This document shows positions 36,785 through 47,100 of a stretch of 64,000 nucleotides of DNA, piece by piece (the stretch's first letter is position 1; every line of letters begins with the position of its first letter). Origin of the DNA: Psammoneis japonica (Eukaryota); contig QPGO01000116.1 of assembly GCA_008632985.1 (NCBI GenBank), forward strand, positions 124,001 through 188,000. The letters run 5' to 3'. A model generated the notes under the pieces. The model was given only the letters and a program-made list of their open reading frames with translations, did not search any database and was not told the DNA's origin. The translations under genes were made by a program, and so were the position numbers.

Positions 36785-36960
36785 AGCCGCCAGCGTTGAC
36801 CTTTAAACCCTTTCTTTCTTTTATACGAAGAAACAACTGCCTTGGAGAAAGACCTGACATTTGAAAACGCTGATTGCGGTTACTGTACTTATTCTACACG
36901 TTTAAGTTACATATTTTTGGTGATATATTGCGTGGCGATAGTTTGTGTGCTGATAGTTCT

Positions 36961-37700
36961 TTACCTATCCAGAGCAGCGTCTCTTGCCAGTACTTCTGGT
37001 GAAAACTTGACTAGAAACACAGCCTTTTCCTTTCTCGGAGGCAAATTGGTGGTTGCACTCCCGCTCCCCGCCATGTTGGAGCCGGGTGCGTTCGCTGCGC
37101 TCATTTCACCCTCTTCCAAAGCGACACTGTGTGCCGTGACACGAGCTGTAAAGCCCGCTCCGTCCAACACTCCCGCAATAATCCCCGAAAGATATGCATC
37201 GACACTTAATTGTCCCAAATCAGAAGGCACCGACACGTAGATGGAGGTAATGGGTTCATAGTCAACAATCATGAATTCATCCGCATGATCAATACTCCGT
37301 TCCAACGAATCCGCAGCCTTTCCAAAGAGAGACTTCCAAACCGACGATGACACGAATTGTAAAATATTCATCAATCTCGTTTCTCGTTTGGATTCACGAG
37401 CGCGATACGCCAACAATTCAAGAACTTTGAGACCGACGCCGTATCCGGCACTCTCCAAACGCCGCTCCAGCTCCGAGATGCTCGCAACGCGACTCTGATG
37501 ATACTGAACCAACTCGGAATACAAATATGCAAAAGCACTCAACGACACGGATCCGTCAGCACTGATTGAGAGAGGAATAAAAAAGAATTAGTTGTGCTCT
37601 GCAAACGAGCTAGCTTTTTGCCACTATAAACCTGTCAAACTCACCGTGAGCCTCGTCCACCCAACGGCCGGTCGAGAATGTTTACGTTTGACCGACTCAT
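36961..37700 (-). CDS. TRAPPC5: TRAPP complex subunit 5 (Trs31)
   Basis: MSRSNVNILDRPL exon 1, intron about 37563-37645, then VSLSAFAYLYSELVQY..LERRLESAGYGVG..VWKSLFGKAADSLE..GF.ARVTAH. Confidence 0.93.
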
Positions 37701-38192
37701 TTCGCTCGTTCGCTAAAAATCTAATAAGTACAGGTGGGTGTATTAAAGTCAACTCTACAATATGATCACTTCTGCGGTGATCAAGAGTCCAACACAGAAC
37801 TACAAAGTCGAGTCTTCAACATAAACAGAGGTAAGCGTCTCTGAAATTGGCCATCTTCCATCTCCGCTCCAAATCACCAAAACAAATTCCAAAATCCGGG
37901 TGCAAAACGACCGCGCAAGAGCAAGCAAGGTTGCGCGTGTGCTCCGTCTGTATGTAGCTCCGTCCCTCCATTTCACAATGTCTTACCGGTACTCGCCTAC
38001 GAAGCCCTACACGAATTTGAAATTTTGGATTTTCGATTGCGTAAGCACACATTTCGTGGCATCGGCACGCACTGCGTTACCTGTTACCTCTACAAGACTC
38101 ACTCACTGACGTGCAAGACTGCTTGCGTTGGCATCTCGCTTTTCTGAGTTTTATACATCCGATGTGCAGTGTCAGAGTTCCTTGTTTAGGTA

Positions 38193-39482
38193 ATGCAGGC
38201 AGGATCGAACTTTGTCGAGACTAGACGTAAAGAGCATGAATACCTAGCGCTCTTCCACGCTCACAAAAATCTCATTGTTGGCGGACACGGCGTGGTGGAG
38301 AAGCCTGTAAATGCCAAAGGCGAGTGTGGCCGTAAACAACCTAGACGCAGCATGACGATAAAAGAGGCAGCAGAAATAAGCAACAAATCTCTTATGAACT
38401 TCTTCCCATCCTTTGATACGTTGGGAGACGTGAACTATTTTCAAGAACACGAACTCTCTGTCGAGGAGTGGCTCCAGTATTGCCTCTACAAGCTACCAGA
38501 AAAGAGGAGGCGCGTACCACAGCCAATCCTCGACCTTGAAAACAATAGCGATAGACAGGATGACATGCCTTCTTTCTTCTCGCCTTCCGACGCTGGTCGA
38601 GAGCTTTCTCCAGGCTATTTCCTGCATCCTGTGACTCAAGAGAACCTTGCAGATGCACAAGATCTTCTCTTGGAGATTTTTCCTGACGACGTTGCGCATT
38701 TTGAAGTTGTATTTTCGGTTCTTAAGAAGCCCTTTATTGAGTATGAGTTTGACAGCGACATTGAAAACTCTCCCACCGTTGCCAAATCTTTCTTTTGGCT
38801 GATCGTCGAGAAGGCGACTGGATCGCCTGCTGCCATTTGTTCTTTAATGTACCGTGATGAGGACTATGAAGACTCGCTTTGGGGGAGTTGGTATGGCGTT
38901 GGTCCAACCTTTCGTCGTAAAGGGTTGGGTTCTTTAGTTCTCCTCTTCTTGTTAGAAAAAAGTGTCTTGTCTCGCAAAAGAACCGCCAAGTTCTTTACTG
39001 AGGAGTTGGATTTTGAAGAGCAAGCCAACAGTTTGTACGACTACGTCGGGGCGAAAGTGTACAAACGCCAGTACTTCCCGAAAGGCAAGTGCCACCGTAT
39101 CTGGAGGCAGGCTCAAGTCGGTGGTTCGTTGAAGAATTTGTTCGTTGGGCTTCTGCTTATCAACATTCTGCGATTTCTGCATCGTTGTCGATGCTTGTTG
39201 TGGGAATTGTCTGACCTTGCTTCACTGCAACAAGACAGCAAGCGGTCCGTCATTTGCGCCCCTGCGAAGACGACGAAAGGTGACAAGCTACTGGGCTGGC
39301 TAATCGTGCTCCTTCCCCTATCTTTCGTGACGGAAAGCGTGAGGCGCTTTGCAGCGCGCTTTCCCAGCATCGTACAGCAGACGGTTGTATCCATCGTCAA
39401 CCCATTTGAACCCTCACAATCAGAAGTTGTGGAAGTTCCTCCAATCAATAGCCAAGCCAACAGCTTGGAAAAAGGTGACTGA
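38193..39482 (+). CDS. GNAT-family acetyltransferase, paralog 1
   Basis: Motif A WYGVGPTFRRKGLGSLVL, motif B ANSLY..VG; hydrophobic C-terminal segments; the true start may be downstream. Confidence 0.75.
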   Translation: MQAGSNFVETRRKEHEYLALFHAHKNLIVGGHGVVEKPVNAKGECGRKQPRRSMTIKEAAEISNKSLMNFFPSFDTLGDVNYFQEHELSVEEWLQYCLYKLPEKRRRVPQPILDLENNSDRQDDMPSFFSPSDAGRELSPGYFLHPVTQENLADAQDLLLEIFPDDVAHFEVVFSVLKKPFIEYEFDSDIENSPTVAKSFFWLIVEKATGSPAAICSLMYRDEDYEDSLWGSWYGVGPTFRRKGLGSLVLLFLLEKSVLSRKRTAKFFTEELDFEEQANSLYDYVGAKVYKRQYFPKGKCHRIWRQAQVGGSLKNLFVGLLLINILRFLHRCRCLLWELSDLASLQQDSKRSVICAPAKTTKGDKLLGWLIVLLPLSFVTESVRRFAARFPSIVQQTVVSIVNPFEPSQSEVVEVPPINSQANSLEKGD

Positions 39483-41050
39483 ACGGTCAGTGCACTTCTA
39501 ATGTCTCCCTGTGCTTGTGGCTAGATCCTGTTTGGGATCAGCATTGCGATAGAGTGCAACATTTTTGTCAGCCTTTCTTGTTGTACGGTGCAACATAAAT
39601 CTCACGGTGTTTCACGAAAAAGTGCCAAGTTGCACACACACAGACAAACGTAATTATTTTTAATCATTATTTTGTTTATAAACATGTCGTCGCTAGCCTA
39701 CTGCAACAGTCTGTATCTCTTTTCTTCAGCAACCAAGCCACGCCCAACGCATTCTTCGTCTAGAGAGGCACTTCCAACAGAAATGGACCCACACCTCACC
39801 AACTGCACCACTGCTGTTTACGACAACCACCATTGCCAGTCCCCATCCACACTCGGGACTTGTTTGACCATTTGTGTGGGGAAGACGGCACAGAATTCAC
39901 AGAAAAAAGTGCTGGGTTGTGTGCTTTTTGTCGCCTTAAAAGTGGAGGTGGGTTTGCAAATGGACTGCCACCACAGTCAGCAAGCTCCACCACACACGTT
40001 GCTCATGCTGAATCTGTTCTTTGCTTGTGCAGGAAAATGCCATCAAGAGAAATGAGACACTCACCCAAGTTTTGCCATGCAATGCAGGGATGAAAATTCA
40101 GTTTGGTCAAGAGGTGCTGTTGGGAAGTGCAAAGCTCTTTCTGTTGTTCAAAAGAAAGCAAGATGTGGCAAGTTGGCCAACTGACAAGAAGTTTTTGACT
40201 CTGAAGAGGATTCGAAGGTGAAAGAAATGTGCACAACCCCCAGGTCTGAGTTTCACCCACTCTCTCTTCCAAGGTCATGTCTGATGTGAATCACACTGGC
40301 AATCTCCAGTGTCAATCACACAAAGAAACATTGAAAGAGAGCTGGTGCATGTTCTTTTCGGCATGTTTGTGCTGGGCATCCTTGACAATGAACTTGAGCA
40401 TTTGCAATGAAAAAACCTTTGTTCAAAAGAAGAGCTGACCATTGATTCTGAGTGAGAGCTCAATCAAGTGCCAGCGACATAAAAATGAAAGTTGATCCAA
40501 GGCTGGCAATGGCACCCAACTGCAGAATGGGCTAAACAAGCTCAGAGCATCTGCTTTCAGCAGTGCAGCAGTTGACCATCTAGGTGCATTGTTTTCAGCT
40601 TTGGTGCTCACATGAAAAATAAAAAAAATGCACACACTCACTGCTCACTTGCTTTCCTGTTGACACACCCAAACTCCATCACTTTTCTGTGGCCTGTTCT
40701 ACATTTCATTCATTGCCATCCAGACACTCAAGGCTTGAGGATCTGATGGCCCAAATGAACAAATGTTCTTGTCAAAGAACTCTTGTCATGCAGAGTGTTG
40801 GCCTGGAAGAAAGGCCACTTCAAGCCCTCACAGCCATGGACATCCATGCCAGCAGAATGACAAGCAAAACGAAAATGTCAGTGGAGCAATGCAAACAACA
40901 AAGAACTGCTGATGACAACCATCACAGCATGTCAACCAGGGCACCTTTCAGATGTGATTCTGAGTCATCCTGCCAAATTTCACAGCCCCAGGCACCGCCA
41001 GTGGTTTGTGACATCTGCGCATCCAAGAGGAGGTGAGGAGCCAAGCAAAA

Positions 41051-41054
<4 letters not shown>

Positions 41055-41090
<36 letters not shown>
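41055..41090. repeat. (CT)n microsatellite
   Basis: Run of about 17-18 CT units. Confidence 0.95.
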
Positions 41091-41095
<5 letters not shown>

Positions 41096-41835
41096 TACCC
41101 AGTGCAAAGCCTGGTCTTGTGGTTGTGCACTGCTGAGATCTCCTGCAACTGTGTGGGCATCATTGTGTTTTGGAAAGTGAACACAACATGGCTGAAGAAT
41201 GGGAAGAGGGGGTCAGCCAACAAAGACCAGGTGCCTGTGCACAAGATCTGGGAGACACAGAAAAAAGGCTCACAGGCCATGCAAGTTTTGTCAAAACAAG
41301 TCCAGTTGTCAATCGATCACAACGCGCTCACAGATGTGTCTTCTTTGGAGCATTGCAAGTCATTCTAACAAATGTCATTGCCACAAGTGCTCCCAATGCT
41401 CCATGGCATTGTTTCATCACAAAGGCGTGTGCCACCCAACAGGAATTGTGACACCCTAAAAACTCATGCCATGTTTGCATCATCAAAGAAAAGACCCCAA
41501 TCCATGCCGAGGTTTGGATGACACAAGTGACAATGATGCAATGTGCAGCTGCAAGTGAAAAACATCAAGAGAATGATGATTTCACAATGTGCACCCAGAG
41601 CAGAGATTGTTGCCTCCAATGTCAGCTGTCGCAGAGCAATGCTGCAGCCTGCGTGCAATGTGGCAAATTTCAATTCTCTCCAAAGCTTGAAAAAAGCCAA
41701 GCAATCTTTTTCAAAGTTGGCAATCTTGACAAAGAGCATGGATGGTTTCATGGGTGACTTTGAGCCACTGGAGCTGTTTCAGCTTTTTCAAATGAAAATC
41801 AAGCTCTCGGCTGGCCTCAAGAACCTTGTCACCCC

Positions 41836-42212
41836 TTTGGATTCATGAGTGCAATGCACCACCAACGGTTCAAGACCCTTTAGACCGATGCCGCACCCGA
41901 CACTCTCCAGCTCCAAGATGCTTGCAATGTGACTCTGATGTAGCTGGTCATGCTGAGCCACTCAATGACACAGATCCATCAGCACTGATTGGAAAGAGAA
42001 CAAGAGAATTGGTGCTTTGCAAATGAGCTGGCTTTGCACCACAAACCTGCTGTCAAACTCACCCCGTGGGCCTCGTCCACCCAACCGTCGGTCGAGAGAA
42101 TGTTTGCATTTGACAGACTCATCATTTCTCTCATTTGCTGAAAATCTAACAAGCACAGGTGGTTGCAGCCAAGTCAAACTTGTCAAGATGATGTGATCGC
42201 TTCTGTGGTGAA
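41836..42212 (-). pseudogene. Decayed copy of the TRAPPC5 5' region (exon 1, intron, start of exon 2, promoter)
   Basis: Aligns to about 37387-37780 (e.g. cctcgtccacccaac, tgtcaaactcacc, cagcactgattg) with deletions and YpR transitions. Confidence 0.9.
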
Positions 42213-42816
42213 CCACACACTGAATTTGAAAATTTTTGATTTTTCGCCGTTTCGGCCAGTTTCTGATCTTTTAGCACCTTTTTCACAATGTGCTTGTCAC
42301 GAAATGCTCTGATTGTTGATTGCTGATTGCACTTCCTTCGATTCTTCTAACAGAGACAGTGTGTGGAGGAATGGCGTCAAGATGAGATGGGATTGTGCAG
42401 CACTGAATGTCTTGGTGCATCCTGCTTCTAGGATGCGGTGCACACGCAGCAAGTTTGCTTGATGCGGCCGCCCTCTGCGTGGCCCATGCGCCTCTTCTGC
42501 GGCTCAACAGGGCCCTCTGGCAGAGCAGCCAGAGTGCTCTCTCTGCTCTAGCTGGAGCTGGCCCCAGCTAGAGAGCTGGCTGGCTGGGACAAGATGATGG
42601 AAGGAGCAACGCGACATTTTGTTGCACATGTCAGCTGCACCATCACGCTCCACATTTGAAGCTTTTGGGCATTGTTCTGCATTGAACGAATGCATCATCA
42701 TCCGCCAAGCTTTTGTTTGTGTGCGCTCGACAACAAATTCGCGAGATCAGTCCAAGAAATGCGGCATTGACATTCATGACGAGATTGCTTAGAAAGTGTG
42801 CACTGCTCACATTCCG

Positions 42817-43288
42817 AGTCGTGGTTCGTCTGTCCACTGACCCAGATTCTCTGTTGTGTCTGTGCTTCCGTCAGTCGGAATTCTCGTTGAAATTCTTTTC
42901 GCGCTACGTCGACTTGATTCTCAAGCCGAATGCTTTGGGAATCACAGGCGGTGCTTTGGAGATCACAGGCTTTGCACAGATGTTGGGCCAACCACAGATT
43001 GGTTCAGCAGCATTTGGATGATTGTTGTGAATGTGGTTGACCCTGAAGTTTGCACCAGTCTCTAGTGCAAACCTGCAGATCAACCTCTGTTTGGGTGCAT
43101 TCAGCAGATTCAGTCTAGGTGGCTCACAATTTGGTCGCCAGCACTTTTGTGAAAGACTGAACACTCGTCACCACTCGTCAGCAGATTCCATCTGCTTGCA
43201 TTCTGCCTGAGGTGTCAATCTGGAGTGGACATCCAGTCGATGCGTCAGGAAGGCACTCGGAGCTTGCGCGGACACGCGAGCTTCGACT
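42817..43288 (+). repeat. 5' LTR
   Basis: AGTCG..CGACT, colinear without indels with the 3' LTR. Confidence 0.95.
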
Positions 43289-43672
43289 GGCCAGTTCGCC
43301 CAATTGGGGCAACTCAACACGTTCTGCGCTTCTGGTTGGGGATGCCCAAACCAGAGCAACCCTGTCAACAGCTCTGATGCCATCAGTGCTCCTCATTGGC
43401 TGTGCTCCGTGCTCTTGACATCAAGCACTGCGACTGACTCCGTCAGCTGAGTGGCTGGTTCCGCCAGAAGGTTCATTGTTGATTTTGCACGTGCACCATC
43501 TCAGGCCCCACTCCACCCCGCGGCCCTCCTGAGACCCAAGAGAGTTCTCCAAGCTTGCACTCTTTGATTGAGAACATCCCAGACGATTGGTCCGACTCGA
43601 CAGCTTCAAGCGTGCTGTCGGACATGGCTGACGACCCCGAAGTGTTCGAGGATCAGCCTCCTGAGGATCAAC

Positions 43673-44121
43673 TGCAATGTGCAGCTACCAACAAGAGTCA
43701 ATGCATCACGGCGACGTGTTGCAGCCTTTAAATGTCACAAAGGGCGTGACGAAAATAACCTTTTGTCTGCATGCATGCTGCGTTGTGAATTCACAGCGGA
43801 GTGGTTCATCTCGCAACCATTGGGCAGGAGGCCAGGGGTTCGAAACCCTGAGTGGGAGTTGTCTGCAGCAACGTTGATCACTGTCGAACGCGCAAAACTC
43901 TGTGCAGTTCTGCATGTTCCTTCGCACGCACCCACACTGTTCCGCCAAAACCGTGCAGTGTCAGCACACGTCAGCAAAGAGCCGCATGGATGCATGATGC
44001 ATGGGGAGGAGTGCAATGCACAGCTGCCAATGAGAGTCAATGTGTCACGGCGACGTGTTGCAGCCTTTAAATGTCACAAAGGGCATGACAAAAATGACCT
44101 TTTGTCTGCATGCACACTGCA
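43673..44121 (+). mobile_element. TRIM (miniature non-autonomous LTR element) nested in the Copia gag
   Basis: 110-bp direct terminal repeats 43673-43782 and 44012-44121, TG..CA ends, PPT ggggaggag before the second repeat, 4-bp TSD CAAC. Removing it restores the gag frame EDQ-PPQGDN. Confidence 0.88.
43794..43850 (+). promoter_or_regulatory. tRNA-type Pol III internal promoter (A box and B box) inside the TRIM
   Basis: cagcggagtgg (TRGCNNAGYGG if TA to CA is reverted) at 43794-43804 and GTTCGAAAC at 43838-43846 in a caggg..ccctg stem; 33-nt spacing as in tRNA genes. Confidence 0.6.
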
Positions 44122-47100
44122 CAACCTCCACAGGGGGACAATCCACCACCTCAGGACCCCAACAACCCAGACGACAAGCCTGTTCCACCCTTGGAACTTC
44201 GCCTGGACGATTCGGATGACGACTCGGACGATGATGATGATGAGCCCGCTGCAGGCTCTGGCATGTCGGAAGACGAGCGTCGCACCATTCAGGCCATGGC
44301 TGCCATGGCAGCCGCGGCGATGCCGAAGATGAAAGTCTGCAAACCCAAGGCTCCTAAGATGGGGGGGGGTTGTCTCCATTGGCTCCACTGAAAAAGTTGC
44401 TTGGACCGGTGGGAAACCCAAGGCTGGCTGGTCCAGATTGGAAACTCCCAACTCCAGTCCAACGTCACCAAATCAGTGTCGCTCCCACCACGTTTCTTCC
44501 GCCCAGAAAAGCAAGGCCCACTGAGTTGCCGGACTTTCAACCAAGTTTGACAAGAAGGGAGATCTTGCAACCTTTGAGAAGAATGTGATGAAGCATCTCA
44601 AGGGCTGCGGTTTGGATGCGGTGACTTGCCTGCAGGACCCCAAGGACTCAACTTCCGTGATGTCTTGTGTTGAAGGACATCCTCGGCACTCCAAATCGAG
44701 CGTCGCCCGTCTTGTCGCACCTCAACTCGCCAAGCATGACTCCTGCGATTCATCCAATGACAGGGACACTGCTGAGTTTCTCAAGAACTCCTTGGAGGCT
44801 AGCCTGGCCATGCAGCTGGATCTGGAGACGGAAGAGTCGGATTGCTTTCCGAAAGTCTGGACAGCTCTCGTCGTGATCCTTCAGAGCACATCCATCGAAC
44901 GCTTCAAGCAGCTCGAAAAGCAGCTAGAGGAACTCAAGCCCTCCCAGTTCGCCGGTCAGGATCTCTCCCAGCTCCTGTCCAAGTTCAAGACTGCGGCCCA
45001 AGAGTTGGATGTTGCGGGTCAGTGCAACCACAAGCTGACGCTTGCCTTGGTCAACGCTTGCCTGGAAGCTGGCGGGGATGGCAAAAACGGTCAGCAGTTC
45101 AAGCACGCCCTTCGCACTGTGAAAGAGAATTTGAGCAAAGCACTTGTTGAGACAGCGCACAAGTCTAAGACAGACGCGAAACGACACCTTGCGTCCAAGA
45201 ACCTTGCCCACTCTCAAGTCATTGGAAAGATCCTGGACCGCTGCCGCTTGTTCAAGAACAACACGCAGTGGGATCCTGTCAAGCATGCGACAGACTCCAA
45301 AGCCGCTCCCAGAGCCTTTGGAAACCTGGCACTTGATCCCTCAGCCACTTGTCAAACGGTTGGAGTTCCACTCACTCAGGCCCAGTTCAATGCTCTCTTC
45401 CAGCAGACGGCTGCTCCCCGCAAGAAGACTCCGGAAAACTCTCCATGCAACAACTGCGGCAAGCTCGGACACTGGGCACGTGACTGTCCCAACAAGTCTG
45501 GTGAGGGCACTGGAAACAACCAAGGCGGCTCAAACCCTGGGCAAAATGGTGGAGGACAAGGAGGAAGGGGCAAGACCCGCTCCGGTGGCAACGGAGTCAA
45601 GGTGGTGACGGAGGCAATGGCAACGGTGGCGCCGTGCGCAACTGGAAGAAGGTCGCGCCTCGTCCCAGACAACCTGAGTCCAAGGTTGCTCAGGGCAAGA
45701 CTTGGCACTGGTGTGCCAAGTGCCGTCGTTGGTCCACCACTCACGGTGCTGCTGAGCATGGGCAGAAGGATGAGTCACCTCCTGCGCCGACTCAGCAGGC
45801 CAACACCCTCTTCCTGGATCCTGGAGCGTGGCACGCGGAATTCGACTTTGAGTTGGGATTCAAGGACGCACCACTTGGACTGTTTCAGGTTGTGCTCACC
45901 TTGATCCACCCTTTTGCATCTCTGCTGCTCTGTGCCACCTTGGGACATTGGTGTTCTCAGCTTCCGGCCAACTGGTGGATTGCTGGAGTCAACGCCATGA
46001 TCTGGTTCGTGACGGTCGTTGCGTCGCATGTCTCATCACATTGGCGCCTCTGTCCTTTGCCCGCAATCTGGTTCCTTCTGCTTCCAGTGGCGGCATTCTT
46101 GCCGTCTAAGTTTGAGCGTGATGCTCGTGCCGAAGCCCCACGTGCTCCTCCTCCACCCCCTCCTCCCCGCTGGGCCACACACCAAGGAACCAAGTTCTCC
46201 AAGCGCCGCGAACGTTGGGGGTGTCGTCGCCTGCGGGAGCTTCAGCCTCGCTGCGGACGCCGCCGTGCTCCACCCAGGCATCCCTCTCTGTCCAACGTGC
46301 CCGTGGGGCGCCTGGTGTCAAGCAGCGGCAGCGCAATCAGTTGTGTGACCTCAGTGAAGAGGTCAAGGCCTTCGAGCGGTCACTCACCTTCATGCACGCA
46401 CGTCCTCTCCTCGGTCGAGAGGGAGAAGCCGGTCGTCCCAAGGGCACCAGACGTTGTAAGAGCACTGCTCTAAAAAGGGGTCCTGATGTTCGTCATCAAG
46501 GTCGTCGGAACCTCAGTGCACCCATGTGTCGCCCTGTTGGTTCAAATGCTGCACACGGTTTGACGCGCTCCCAGCTTGATGCCATCTGCTCCCCAGCAGC
46601 CAAGGCTTGTCTTGCCAATGCTGACGTCCCGTAACCTCTACTTTCTGTTGCTGGCGCTCTCAAGGTGGCGTTCACGAGTCCCAAGGAGACAAAGGAAGTG
46701 GTCAAAGAGCACACCTTCCCGGTCATTTGGGACTCAGGAGCAAGCGTGTCGGTCTCACCTTGCAAGGACGACTTCGTCGGGCCTCTCGAGAAACCACCTG
46801 TCGCCATCCGGCTCCAAGGTGTCGCAAAGGGCCTCCATGTGGCAGGTGTTGGACACGTTGCTTGGTCTTTTGTTGATGTCATTGGGGTGCTTCGGACCCT
46901 GAAGGTTCCGGCCCACTGCATCCCCAAGTCCAAGGCTCGTCTCTTGAGCATGACCAGTCTCTTGCAGACGCACTTGGATGAGTCCATCGAACTGCTGTCG
47001 GACCGCACCATCCTCAGTGGATCCAAGAATCGTGAACAAGGACACAGGCGAGGTGTTGAAGTGTTGATTGAACCTTCAACTAACCTGCCGGTTGGATGGG

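Noticed and set aside
43785..43860. A functional tRNA gene
   Set aside because: A and B boxes and a T-arm are present but I cannot fold a convincing acceptor or anticodon stem, and it lies inside a TRIM.
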